Below are positions 25,588-34,363 of a stretch of DNA of 64,000 bases, one piece after another. Under the pieces are notes generated by a model. The model saw only the letters and a program-made list of their open reading frames with translations, did not search any database and was not told where the DNA came from. Position 1 is the stretch's first letter. The number at the start of each line of letters is the position of its first letter. This stretch comes from an uncultured Microthrixaceae bacterium (GTDB taxonomy: Bacteria > Actinomycetota > Acidimicrobiia > Acidimicrobiales > DATDAH01). The position numbers and the translations under genes are program-made. The DNA lies in NCBI GenBank assembly GCA_963728005.1, contig CAVSIG010000005.1, forward strand, positions 446,010 to 510,009, in the 5' to 3' direction.

Positions 25588-28005
25588 TCACACGTAGTCG
25601 TGGTGGCGCAGCCACTGGAAGCAGAACCAACCCCATATCGGGGGCAGGTAGGTGGTGAACATCCGGGCCGTGAACGTCGCCGCCACGGCCTCGGCCTGCG
25701 GGATGCCCGCGGCCGTGAATCCGGCGATGAGCCCGGACTCGACCACGCCCATGCCCCCTGGCACGGGCGCGGCGCCCCCGATGAACGAGGCGAACGAGTT
25801 GATCACCACGAGCTCGAGCAGAGGCAACGACTGGCCGTAGGCGTGGAGCGCCGCCGAGAGGGTCATCGCGAACAGGAGCTGTGAGGTGAGGTTCCCCCCG
25901 AAGAGCTGAAGGGCCTTCCTCGGGGTCGACACGACGCCCTTGACGTTGGTGACTGCCTCGTGCACCTGGTCGGCCACGAGGTCGTGGACCCGGTGGCGGA
26001 TCCGAGGGATGACGAGGAGCACGCCGACGAGCAGGACGACGAGGACGACCACCCACCAGACCCAGCTCGGCAGGCCGCTGTCGTCTGCGCTCGGCACGAA
26101 CGACGAGCCGGTGACGAGGAGGCCGAAGGTCACGAGGACGATCTGGACCACGAAACCGGCGAGCGAGTTGAGCAGGCCTGAGCTGACGGCCACGGTCGGC
26201 GGCAGGCCCTGCTTCTGGAAGAAGCGGATGACGAGGGTGGCATTGCCCGCAGTGCCCCCGACCAGGCCGGTGAAGGCGTTGGCGAACTGGACGACGGTCA
26301 CCGCCCGCAGCGGGAGCGTGGCCGAGACCGCGCCGAGCATGGCGATCGACTGTGAGATCTGGGGGAGCTGGGCGATGACGGCGGTGATGGCGACCCACTC
26401 CCAGTCCGCACCCCGGAAGACATCGCCCATCTCGGCCACCCCGGCCAGCTGGGCGACGAGCAGGTAGACGCCGAGGGCGAAAGCGGCGGCCAGGAAGATC
26501 CCACCGAGGGAGAACCGCCGGAGAGCGGCGGGCTTCGGGACCTCCACACCAGTCCGCTCGGAGCCCGCCTCTCGGAGCGACTTGACCAGGTCCTTCAGGT
26601 CGTCGATCTGGGCCCGGGAGCGGCCGGAGAGGGCCGCTGGTTCGAGGTAGGGCAGGCGGGCGGCGAGGCCGTCGTCGCCCAGGGCGCGTTGGGCGGCGTC
26701 GAGGGCGCGGTCGACGCCGACCAGGTCGGCGGTGGCGATCAGGAGCTGGACGTCGTCGAGGGCCCGGTGGTCGTCGGGCGCCGAGGTCTCGGCGGTGTGC
26801 AGGCGGATGAGGCCCGTGGCGCCTTGGTCGTCCACCACCACGTGCGCCGCGGTCAGGTTGCCGTGGGCGATGTCGGCGGCATGGAGGTCGCCGAGGTTGG
26901 CCCAGGCGTCGTCCAGCACGTCGTCGCTGACGCCGTCGTCGGCGTCCTCCATGGGCGCCCCGGCAGGGTCCCGGACCACGAGCAGGGCGTCGTCCCGGGC
27001 GCCGGCGACGCCCACGGCCGCCAGCTCGGGCACGCGGGCGCCGCTGCGGGCGGCGAGGAGCAGCACGAGCGCCTCGTGCTCGACCTGCTGGCCCCGACGC
27101 AGCGACACGGTCGGTCCCGCGTCCTTGTACCAGACGAAGCGCCAGAGCTTGGCGAAGAGGCGGGCGTCGGTGCTGTCCCGTCCGACGACCTCCACCGCCA
27201 GGCGTTCGTCGCCGTCGCTGACGAACGTGGTCCGGCCCCAGGGCTGGACGGAGTCGAGGCGCAGTCCGTCGGCCTCGATGCCGAGCTCCCGCAGCGAGGA
27301 CGCCACCTGCCCGGCGGACGGCGTGCCGCCGGGGGACCCGAACGCGAGGTGGGCGGCGGCCGCGCATCCCCAGCCGAGGGCCAGGGTCGCCAGCACCGAC
27401 ACGGGCAGACCTTCGGCCAGGTACACGGCGGCGATGCCGGACGCCCAGAACACCGTCTCGACCATTCGGCGCGTTGGGCGGGTGAGGTACGGCCGGGCGG
27501 CGAGCAGGACCCCGGTCGAAACGGCCAGGGGGACGACCGGGAAGTCGGGGTTGCGGCCTCGGAGGTCGGTGCCCGCCTCACGCAGCGCGTCGCTCACGTC
27601 GACCACGCCCGAGAGCAGGGCACCGATGCCCCAGCCCATCGCCCCCGCGACGACGAGGGTGAGCAGGAGCCGGGGCCGCCGGGCCACCAGGGCGGTGATG
27701 ACGAGGACGGCGGCCGCCACCGGCGCCAAGCGGTAGAGGACCTCGAACAGGCCCTCGAGGCCGAGGGGGAGCGACGAGACGAGGGAGAAGACGCTCGCCT
27801 CGACGGTGGTGATGGTGTTCGCCCCGATCGTGGCCCCCGTGATCACCAGGGCGGCGATCAACATTCGGGCGATCTCGCTCGGACGACGTCGGACGGCGCC
27901 GGCGGCGACGATCCCGAAGACCGACGACGTCAGCCGCCGCTCGACGTTGGCGGTCAGGACCGGCAGGAAACCCCCGTCGTGCTCCGACGCGCCCCCTTCC
28001 TTCAC
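25588..28005 (-). CDS. Large membrane protein: degenerate PAP2-like TM domain, a pseudokinase domain and a C-terminal LPG-synthase-TM (MprF flippase-like) domain
   Basis: 805 aa. It aligns by eye with the 21511 protein (LAVEVVG versus FVKALG; VEHEA conserved). However, it has IAHGNLTAAHVVV and LIRLHTAE in place of HRD and DFG. The C-terminal ~330 aa are polytopic (FANAFTGLVGGTAGNATLVIRFFQKQG...). Confidence 0.65.
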   Translation of the reverse strand: MKEGGASEHDGGFLPVLTANVERRLTSSVFGIVAAGAVRRRPSEIARMLIAALVITGATIGANTITTVEASVFSLVSSLPLGLEGLFEVLYRLAPVAAAVLVITALVARRPRLLLTLVVAGAMGWGIGALLSGVVDVSDALREAGTDLRGRNPDFPVVPLAVSTGVLLAARPYLTRPTRRMVETVFWASGIAAVYLAEGLPVSVLATLALGWGCAAAAHLAFGSPGGTPSAGQVASSLRELGIEADGLRLDSVQPWGRTTFVSDGDERLAVEVVGRDSTDARLFAKLWRFVWYKDAGPTVSLRRGQQVEHEALVLLLAARSGARVPELAAVGVAGARDDALLVVRDPAGAPMEDADDGVSDDVLDDAWANLGDLHAADIAHGNLTAAHVVVDDQGATGLIRLHTAETSAPDDHRALDDVQLLIATADLVGVDRALDAAQRALGDDGLAARLPYLEPAALSGRSRAQIDDLKDLVKSLREAGSERTGVEVPKPAALRRFSLGGIFLAAAFALGVYLLVAQLAGVAEMGDVFRGADWEWVAITAVIAQLPQISQSIAMLGAVSATLPLRAVTVVQFANAFTGLVGGTAGNATLVIRFFQKQGLPPTVAVSSGLLNSLAGFVVQIVLVTFGLLVTGSSFVPSADDSGLPSWVWWVVVLVVLLVGVLLVIPRIRHRVHDLVADQVHEAVTNVKGVVSTPRKALQLFGGNLTSQLLFAMTLSAALHAYGQSLPLLELVVINSFASFIGGAAPVPGGMGVVESGLIAGFTAAGIPQAEAVAATFTARMFTTYLPPIWGWFCFQWLRHHDYV

Positions 28006-28036
28006 TACGCGGACACTAGGTCCGCCGCAGGTGGGC

Positions 28037-29425
28037 TCAGCAGACCTTGCCCCGCTTGTGCGGCGGGTGTCCCAGGCTCACGAGGCTCCCGGCCGGCAGG
28101 CCGGCGAGCTCTTCGCAGGATCGGCGGAAGTCGGCGACGAGGAGGTCGGCCATGTCCGTGCTCAGCCCCTCGCGAACGACCACCCGGAGCACGGCCACGT
28201 CGTCGGCGTCGGCGGCCAGCGTGTAGGCGGGCACGATCCAGCCCCGCTCCTTCATCTTGGCGCTGATGTCGTAGGCCGTGAAGTCGAGACCGTCGGCCAG
28301 GCGGGCGCACACCAGGGGCAGGGCGTCGGGCTTGCTCATCAGCTCGAAGTAGGGGCTGGCGTCGACCAGCTCGGCGAGGTAGGAGGCCGTGTCGGACAGA
28401 CACCGCATCACCTGCGTGTACCCCGCCCGGCCCATGCGCAGGAAGTTGTAGTACTGGCCGATGATCTGGCTGGCGCCCCGGGAGAAGTTCAGGTCGAAGG
28501 TGGGCTGGTCCCCGCCCAGGTAGTTGGTGTGGAAGATGAGGTCCTCCGGCAGGTGGCTGACGTCCCGCCAGAGCGCCCAGCCGACGCCCGGGTACACCAG
28601 CCCGTACTTGTGGCCCGACGCGTTGATCGACTTCACCCGGGGGAGGCGGAAGTCCCACGCCAGGTCGGGCTGGGTGAAGGGGGCGACGAAGGCGCCGCTG
28701 GCGCCGTCGACGTGGAGCGGGACGTCCAGGCCGGTGCGCTCCTGCACGTCGTCGAGGGCGTCGGACAGCTCACCGATGGGCTCGAACTCGCCGGTGTAGG
28801 TGGAGCCGAGGATGCCGACCACGCCGATGGTGTTCTCGTCGACCTGCGCCATCGCCAGCTCCGGGTCGATCACTGTGCGCTCGGCCGTGATCGGGATCAT
28901 GCGGGGCTCGACGTCGAAGTAGCGGACGAACTTCTCCCAGCAGACCTGGACGGTCTCGCTCATCACGAGGTTCGGGCGGTCGGTGGGCTTACCCGCCGCC
29001 TCCTGGCGCGACCGCCAGCGCCACTTCATGGCCAAGCCGGCCAGGTGGATGGCCTCGGACGACCCGACGGTGGCGGTGCCCATCGCGTGCTCGGCGTCGT
29101 CGGCGTGGAAGAGGTCGGCCAGGATGCTCACGCAACGGTTCTGGATCTCGGTCGTCTGCGGGTACTCGTCCTGGTCGATGCTGTTGACGTTGAGGCTCTC
29201 GGTCATCAGCGCTTGGGCCTCGGGCTCCATCCACGTGGTCACGAACGTGGCGAGGTTGAGGGCCGGGTTGCCGTCCAGGGCCAGCTCGTCGTGGATGATC
29301 TGGTAGGCGAGGCGGGCGGGCATCTCGCCCTCGGGGATGCGGTTCTTGGGGATCGGCTCCGAGACGTAACGGCTGCCGTACGTGGGGGACAGGGCGTCAT
29401 CCGCGTCCTTGCGGTGCTGGAACAT
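28037..29425 (-). CDS. gadB: Glutamate decarboxylase (PLP-dependent)
   Basis: 462 aa with NLATFVTTWMEPEA, DEYPQTTEIQNRCV, INASGHKYGLVYPGVGWALWRD (PLP-Lys motif). Confidence 0.9.
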   Translation of the reverse strand: MFQHRKDADDALSPTYGSRYVSEPIPKNRIPEGEMPARLAYQIIHDELALDGNPALNLATFVTTWMEPEAQALMTESLNVNSIDQDEYPQTTEIQNRCVSILADLFHADDAEHAMGTATVGSSEAIHLAGLAMKWRWRSRQEAAGKPTDRPNLVMSETVQVCWEKFVRYFDVEPRMIPITAERTVIDPELAMAQVDENTIGVVGILGSTYTGEFEPIGELSDALDDVQERTGLDVPLHVDGASGAFVAPFTQPDLAWDFRLPRVKSINASGHKYGLVYPGVGWALWRDVSHLPEDLIFHTNYLGGDQPTFDLNFSRGASQIIGQYYNFLRMGRAGYTQVMRCLSDTASYLAELVDASPYFELMSKPDALPLVCARLADGLDFTAYDISAKMKERGWIVPAYTLAADADDVAVLRVVVREGLSTDMADLLVADFRRSCEELAGLPAGSLVSLGHPPHKRGKVC

Positions 29426-29477
29426 GGGGCCTCCGATCGACTGCCGGACATCGTCCCCCGGGCGACGCCCGGGGCCA

Positions 29478-30053
29478 TCACTCGGGCGGGGTGATGTCCA
29501 TCCAGGCGGCCACCAGGAAGCACACCGCGCCGAGGAACGTCCCGCTGTTGGCCAGGGTCGCGTCCACCAGGTCGTCGGCCTCGGGCAGGACGAAGGCGGC
29601 GATGGCCGCCGCCATGAAGAACACCGAGCCGAGCAGGTTCAGGCCGGCGATGCGCCAGTCGCGACCGGCGTGCGAGGGCCGTCGGCCGAGGGCGATGACC
29701 GCCAGAGCACTGGCCACCAGGAAGCAGACTGACCCGAGGTAGTCGGGCGTCCAGATGCGCACGTCCGACGCTTCGGCGTCGAGGCCGGGGTCACGGGCGG
29801 CGAAGGTGTCGATGTTGAACCAGAGGGTGCCGACCAGCTGGATGATGGCCGCGGCCCAGGCGATGTCCCACGGCCGCCACGCCAACATCCGCCCGTCGGT
29901 CGTGCCCAGGTACTGGAGCGTGGCCGCGGACGTGAAGAACAGCGAGCCGACGAAGAAGGTGACGACCACGACCTCGGCCGGCACCGCGCTGGAGTAGCCC
30001 GGCACCGAGCCCAGGGCGAAGCAGGTCGAGCCGACGATGAACAGCGCATCCAT
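29478..30053 (-). CDS. Hypothetical integral membrane protein with internally repeated YrhK-like segments
   Basis: 191 aa. A G-S/A-x-CF-L/A motif recurs three times (VGSTCFALGS, LGSVCFLVAS, LGAVCFLVAA). Confidence 0.5.
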   Translation of the reverse strand: MDALFIVGSTCFALGSVPGYSSAVPAEVVVVTFFVGSLFFTSAATLQYLGTTDGRMLAWRPWDIAWAAAIIQLVGTLWFNIDTFAARDPGLDAEASDVRIWTPDYLGSVCFLVASALAVIALGRRPSHAGRDWRIAGLNLLGSVFFMAAAIAAFVLPEADDLVDATLANSGTFLGAVCFLVAAWMDITPPE

Positions 30054-30093
30054 CCACCAGGATCGGCCCCGGTGGACGGATGCGCTGAAGGAA

Positions 30094-30495
30094 TCAGAGG
30101 TCGGCGGCGATGTCCCGACCGTGGGCGGTCAGCGCCCAGATCACGACCACGGCGATGGCGATCAGGATCGAGCTCCACACCGGCTGGATGGGGAGGTAGA
30201 TGAACGCGCTGACGGCACTGCCGACGGCGACGAAGACGCCCACGGTCCGGGCCAACACGTTGCCCGAGAAGATGCCGAGCCCGGACAGGAACAAGAGGAT
30301 CCCGATGATGAGGTGGACCCAGCCCCACTGGGTGACATCCAGCTCGAACACGTAGTCATCGGTCACGACGAAGCGATCGTCGTTGAGGATGGCCGCGAGG
30401 CCGGCCAGGCCCTGGAACATGCCCATCATCATCAAGATGGCGGCGGCGAAGACCGACCAGCCGATCGCTGCCCCACTCGGTTCGTTGCTGCTCAT
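30094..30495 (-). CDS. Hypothetical small 4-TM membrane protein
   Basis: MSSNEPSGAAIGWSVFAAAILMMMG...WGWVHLIIGILLFLSGLGIF... with coding-like GC3. The start (30495 versus 30528) is uncertain. Confidence 0.5.
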   Translation of the reverse strand: MSSNEPSGAAIGWSVFAAAILMMMGMFQGLAGLAAILNDDRFVVTDDYVFELDVTQWGWVHLIIGILLFLSGLGIFSGNVLARTVGVFVAVGSAVSAFIYLPIQPVWSSILIAIAVVVIWALTAHGRDIAADL

Positions 30496-30573
30496 GGAAT
30501 CACCCCTTCTTGGCCGGTGACCCTTCACCAGACCGATTCGAAGACAACGTAAGGAACCGTAAACCTCCCGACC

Positions 30574-32385
30574 TCACCCGCCGGGGATGATCGGCCCTCC
30601 GGGGCCATCGGCCCACCAAGGCGCGAGCACTCGCCGTCCGGCCCGTTCGCCCACGTCCACCAGTTCGTCGAAGCGGTCGAAGGCCAAGAGCGGGAACCCC
30701 TCCACCTCGGGCACGACCAGCACGTCGCCGCGGTCGACCTCGGCGCCGCCCCCGCCACCGAGCTCGGTCAGGCGGGTGAGCACGGTGAGGATCCCGGCCA
30801 CGTCGGGTGAGGTCCGACGGGGGTGGAGGCGGTCGACCAGCAGGCGCCAGCCGTCGAGCACGGTGGAGTCGGGGAGGTCGCCCGACGTCACGCCGCGCTG
30901 AACGCCCACGTCGACCGCCACGACCGTGATGCCCTCGTGCCCGCGCCGCATCTCGCCGACGGGCAGGTTGTCCACCAGGCCGCCGTCGACAAGCACGTCG
31001 TCGCCCTGGGACACCGGCGGGAAGATGCCCGGGATCGACATGCTGGCCCGGATGGCCCGCCAGACCGCGCCGGTGCGGTGCACGTGGGGGGCGGTGCGGG
31101 TCAGGTTGGTCGACACGCAGAAGAAGTCGAGCCAGAGGTCCTCGATGTCGGACTCGCCGGCCGCCGCCTTCAGGCGTTCGGTGACCCGCCGGCCGGCGGC
31201 CAGCGCGGCCACCGGCATCGTCAGGTCGACCGGGTTGCGCCCCTCGACCATCCCGGTCCGCAGGACCTGGCGGACCCGGGCCGCGGGCCAACCGCGCGCG
31301 ACCGCGCCGGCCACCATCGACCCGGCACTGGTCCCGCCGACGGCGTCGACCGGGATGCCCAGCGTCTCCATGGCCTGGAGGACGCCGATCTCGGCCATCC
31401 CCCTCGCGCCGCCCCCGGACAAGACGAGCCCGATGGCCCGGTTGGTGACCAGGCGGGCCACCCGGCCCAGGTCACCCTCGTCGCCCATCCGGACGTGGTG
31501 GTGTCGGCGCAGGTCGCGCTGGTCCAGCCACCGGGTCGTCCCCGACGGCAGATCCCGGTGCCGGGGGTGGACGAGCACCAGCTCCACTGGCACCTCGATC
31601 CGCTCGCGGTGCTCGGCCAGCGTCGCCTCGACCGGGGTGGGGCCCGGGTGGCGGGCGGCGTCGGCCACCAGGAGGACGGCGTCAGCTTGGCGCAGGCTGC
31701 GGTGGGCGTCGGCCGACGAGCCGTCGCTGAGGTACACGACCAGGTCGTGGTGGGCCTCGAGCTCTTCCGCCCACGCCGCCTCGCTCCGGTCCGTCGGCCA
31801 GGTGCTCGACTCGACGATCGCCGAGTCGCCCGCTGTCGCCTGCAGCACCTCGGCCAGGCGCAGGGCCGTGGTGACCGTGGTCAGGTCGTCGTGCACCGGG
31901 ATGACGGCGACGGTGGTGATCGGTCGGCTACGGCCGACCGCCGACCGGGCCACGATCAGGCGCTCCACCACCTCCGTGGTGATGGGGCGGAGGAGCGACG
32001 GGTGCTCGACCGCGAGCTGCTCGAATGCCTCGAGGCTCAGGTGGAGCAGCTCGGTGTCGCGCAGGGCGACCACGGTCGCCACCCTGGGCAGGTCGGTCAC
32101 GAGGGATGCCTCGCCGACCACCTCGCCCCGGCCGATCTCGGCCACCACCTCGTCGGCACCGTCCGGGCCGGCACGGCGCACCTGCAGGCGGCCGGCCCGC
32201 ACGAAGTACATGCCGTCGGGCGGGTCGCCCTCCTGCAGGAGGACCTCGCCGCCCACCACGGCGCGAGGGATCAGATGACTGGCGATCGCCGCCCGGACCT
32301 CACCGGTCATCGCCCCGCACAGGGCGGTGCCGGCGAGGAACGCGTCCAGCTCCTCCCCGAGCCCCACGGCGGAGATTCGTAGCAC
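30574..32385 (-). CDS. Cyclic-nucleotide-binding domain plus patatin-like phospholipase (NTE-like)
   Basis: cNMP-binding: GEVLLQEGDPPDGMYFVRAGRLQV...GRGEVVGEASL. Patatin: GLVLSGGGARGMAEIG...GTSAGSMVAG...DGGLVDNLP. The GTG at 32385 is an inference. The rest of track ORF 30574..33150 is upstream read-through. Confidence 0.8.
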   Translation of the reverse strand: MLRISAVGLGEELDAFLAGTALCGAMTGEVRAAIASHLIPRAVVGGEVLLQEGDPPDGMYFVRAGRLQVRRAGPDGADEVVAEIGRGEVVGEASLVTDLPRVATVVALRDTELLHLSLEAFEQLAVEHPSLLRPITTEVVERLIVARSAVGRSRPITTVAVIPVHDDLTTVTTALRLAEVLQATAGDSAIVESSTWPTDRSEAAWAEELEAHHDLVVYLSDGSSADAHRSLRQADAVLLVADAARHPGPTPVEATLAEHRERIEVPVELVLVHPRHRDLPSGTTRWLDQRDLRRHHHVRMGDEGDLGRVARLVTNRAIGLVLSGGGARGMAEIGVLQAMETLGIPVDAVGGTSAGSMVAGAVARGWPAARVRQVLRTGMVEGRNPVDLTMPVAALAAGRRVTERLKAAAGESDIEDLWLDFFCVSTNLTRTAPHVHRTGAVWRAIRASMSIPGIFPPVSQGDDVLVDGGLVDNLPVGEMRRGHEGITVVAVDVGVQRGVTSGDLPDSTVLDGWRLLVDRLHPRRTSPDVAGILTVLTRLTELGGGGGAEVDRGDVLVVPEVEGFPLLAFDRFDELVDVGERAGRRVLAPWWADGPGGPIIPGG

Positions 32386-32406
32386 TCGGCAGGCAAAGAT
32401 GGGCCG

Positions 32407-33276
32407 GTGATCACCGATGTCGCCGGCGTTCGGGTGGGCCACTGGACGTCGGCCGACGGCGCCACCGGCTGCACCGTCGTCCGCCTGCCGGAGGGCACCG
32501 TCGCCTCCGGAGAGATCCGCGGCGGCGCGCCGGCCACCCGTGACGCCGTGCTGCTGGGCCCGGACAAGACGGTGGCCCGGCTGGACGCCGTCGTGCTCAG
32601 CGGGCGCTCGGTCTTCGGCCTGGCCGCAGTGGATGGCACCCTCGACGTCCTGGCCGGCGAGGGCGTCGGCCTGGAGACCCCCGGAGGGCCGGTGCCGATC
32701 GTGGTCGGCCTCGGCCTGTTCGACCTGACCCAGGGCGACCCCACCGTCCGGCCGGGGCCCGAGGGTGGCGCGGCCGCCACCCGAGCCGCGGCCGGCGGAC
32801 CGGTCCCCGTCGGCCGGGTCGGGGCGGGGGCGGGCGCCACGATCGGCAAGTGGCTGGGCCGCGAGCACAGCACTCCAGGCGGCCTGGGGACGGCGACGGT
32901 GCGGGCCGAAGGGGTCACGGTCAGCGCGCTCGTGGCGGTCAACGCGGTGGGGTGGATCGACGACGGCACCCCGCGGGAGCCGGTGATGCCACAGCGCCCG
33001 GTGGCAGTCGACGAGGCCGTCGGCACCACCGAGTACGGCAACACCACCATCGGCGTCATCGCAACGGACGCCGACCTGGACAAGGCGGGCTGCCACCTCG
33101 TGGCCCGGGCCGGGCACAACGGCTTCGCCCGCGCCCTCATCCCGGTCCACACCACGGTCGACGGCGACGCGCTGGTGGTCGCCGCCACGGGGCAGGTGGA
33201 GGTCCCGGTCGACCTCGTGGCCTGGATGGCCACCCTGGCCACCGAGCGCGCCATCCGGTCCGTCGGTAGCGTCTGA
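32407..33276 (+). CDS. Peptidase S58 (DmpA/P1 aminopeptidase) family protein
   Basis: ITDVAGVRVGHWT...TGCTVV...GGAPATRD...NTTIGVIATDADL...HNGFARALIPVHTTVDGD. Confidence 0.8.
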   Translation: MITDVAGVRVGHWTSADGATGCTVVRLPEGTVASGEIRGGAPATRDAVLLGPDKTVARLDAVVLSGRSVFGLAAVDGTLDVLAGEGVGLETPGGPVPIVVGLGLFDLTQGDPTVRPGPEGGAAATRAAAGGPVPVGRVGAGAGATIGKWLGREHSTPGGLGTATVRAEGVTVSALVAVNAVGWIDDGTPREPVMPQRPVAVDEAVGTTEYGNTTIGVIATDADLDKAGCHLVARAGHNGFARALIPVHTTVDGDALVVAATGQVEVPVDLVAWMATLATERAIRSVGSV

Positions 33277-33278
33277 GC

Positions 33279-33899
33279 GTGACGGGGGAACTCGCGCTTG
33301 TTGCCGAGGAGGCCTCCTCCTGCGTGCGCTGCGCGCTGGCCGAGACCCGCACGCAGGTGGTGTTCGGCGTGGGCGACCCGGGGGCCGACCTGCTCTTCGT
33401 GGGGGAGGGGCCGGGGGCCGAGGAGGACCGCCTGGGGCAGCCCTTCGTCGGCCGCTCGGGGAAGCTCCTCGACCAGCTCGTGCTGGAGGAGATGGGCCTG
33501 ACCCGCGACGAGTTCTACATCGCCAACGTCGTGAAGTGCCGCCCGCCCGGCAACCGGGACCCGCTGCCCGACGAGATCGCCGCCTGCAACCCCTGGTTGG
33601 AGCGCCAGCTCGAGCTGATCGCCCCCAAGGTGGTGGTGACCGTCGGCAACTTCGCCACCAAGACCCTCCTGCAGACCAGGGAGGGCATCACCAAGGTCCG
33701 CGGCAGGGCTTACCCCTTCCGGGGTGGTGTGCTCATCCCCACCTTCCACCCGGCGGCCATCCTGCGGGGCGGGGCGCAGCAGATGGCCCAGATGCGGGCC
33801 GACCTCGTGCGGGCCAAGCAGGCGATGGCGCCGGTGCCTGTCACGGTCGATGTCGAGGAGCCCGCACCGGCGTCGAGCGACGCCACCCTGTTCGACTGA
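33279..33899 (+). CDS. udg: Uracil-DNA glycosylase, family 4
   Basis: C-x2-C (CVRCALAETRTQVVFGVG), LLFVGEGPGAEEDRLGQPFVGRSGKLL, ANVVKCRPPGNRDP, and TFHPAAILR near the C-terminus. Confidence 0.88.
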   Translation: MTGELALVAEEASSCVRCALAETRTQVVFGVGDPGADLLFVGEGPGAEEDRLGQPFVGRSGKLLDQLVLEEMGLTRDEFYIANVVKCRPPGNRDPLPDEIAACNPWLERQLELIAPKVVVTVGNFATKTLLQTREGITKVRGRAYPFRGGVLIPTFHPAAILRGGAQQMAQMRADLVRAKQAMAPVPVTVDVEEPAPASSDATLFD

Positions 33900-34363
33900 T
33901 GCGCACCACGACCACCGGCGTGGACGAGACCCAGGCGCTGGCCGCGCGCGTGGCCGAGCTGGCCGCGGCGGGCGACCTCCTCGTGCTGCTGGGGGACCTC
34001 GGGGCGGGCAAGACGGCGTTCGTGAAGGGGCTGACGGCGGCGTTGGGTTCGCCCGACCCCGTGACCAGCCCCACGTTCACCATCGCCCAGCGCTACACCG
34101 GTGGCCGACTGACGGTCCACCACCTCGACGCCTACCGCCTTGCCGGCCCCGAGGATGCGACCGACCTCGCCCTCGACGAGCTGCTCGACGATCACGCCGT
34201 GACCGTCATCGAATGGGGCGACCGGCTGCGGGGGATCCTCCCGGTCGACCGGCTGGAGATCACCTTCGCCTTCGGTGACGGCGACGACGACCGGGTTCTC
34301 GTGCTCGACGCCGTCGGTCCGGGGTGGGCCGCCCGGCTGCGGCAGCTGGAGGGCTCGTGCTGA
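33899..34363 (+). CDS. tsaE: tRNA t6A37 biosynthesis ATPase TsaE
   Basis: ATG overlaps the udg stop (TGATG). LLGDLGAGKTAFVKGL...SPTFTIAQRY...HLDAYRL...IEWGDRL. Confidence 0.88.
   Translation: MRTTTTGVDETQALAARVAELAAAGDLLVLLGDLGAGKTAFVKGLTAALGSPDPVTSPTFTIAQRYTGGRLTVHHLDAYRLAGPEDATDLALDELLDDHAVTVIEWGDRLRGILPVDRLEITFAFGDGDDDRVLVLDAVGPGWAARLRQLEGSC

Noticed and set aside
30574-32385. The cNMP-patatin gene could be a CBASS-type anti-phage effector.
   Set aside because: No CD-NTase/cyclase, E1/E2/JAB or other defence genes are adjacent. The ligand domain is a classical CAP/cNMP fold rather than SAVED or STING. The architecture matches NTE-like lipases common in actinobacteria.
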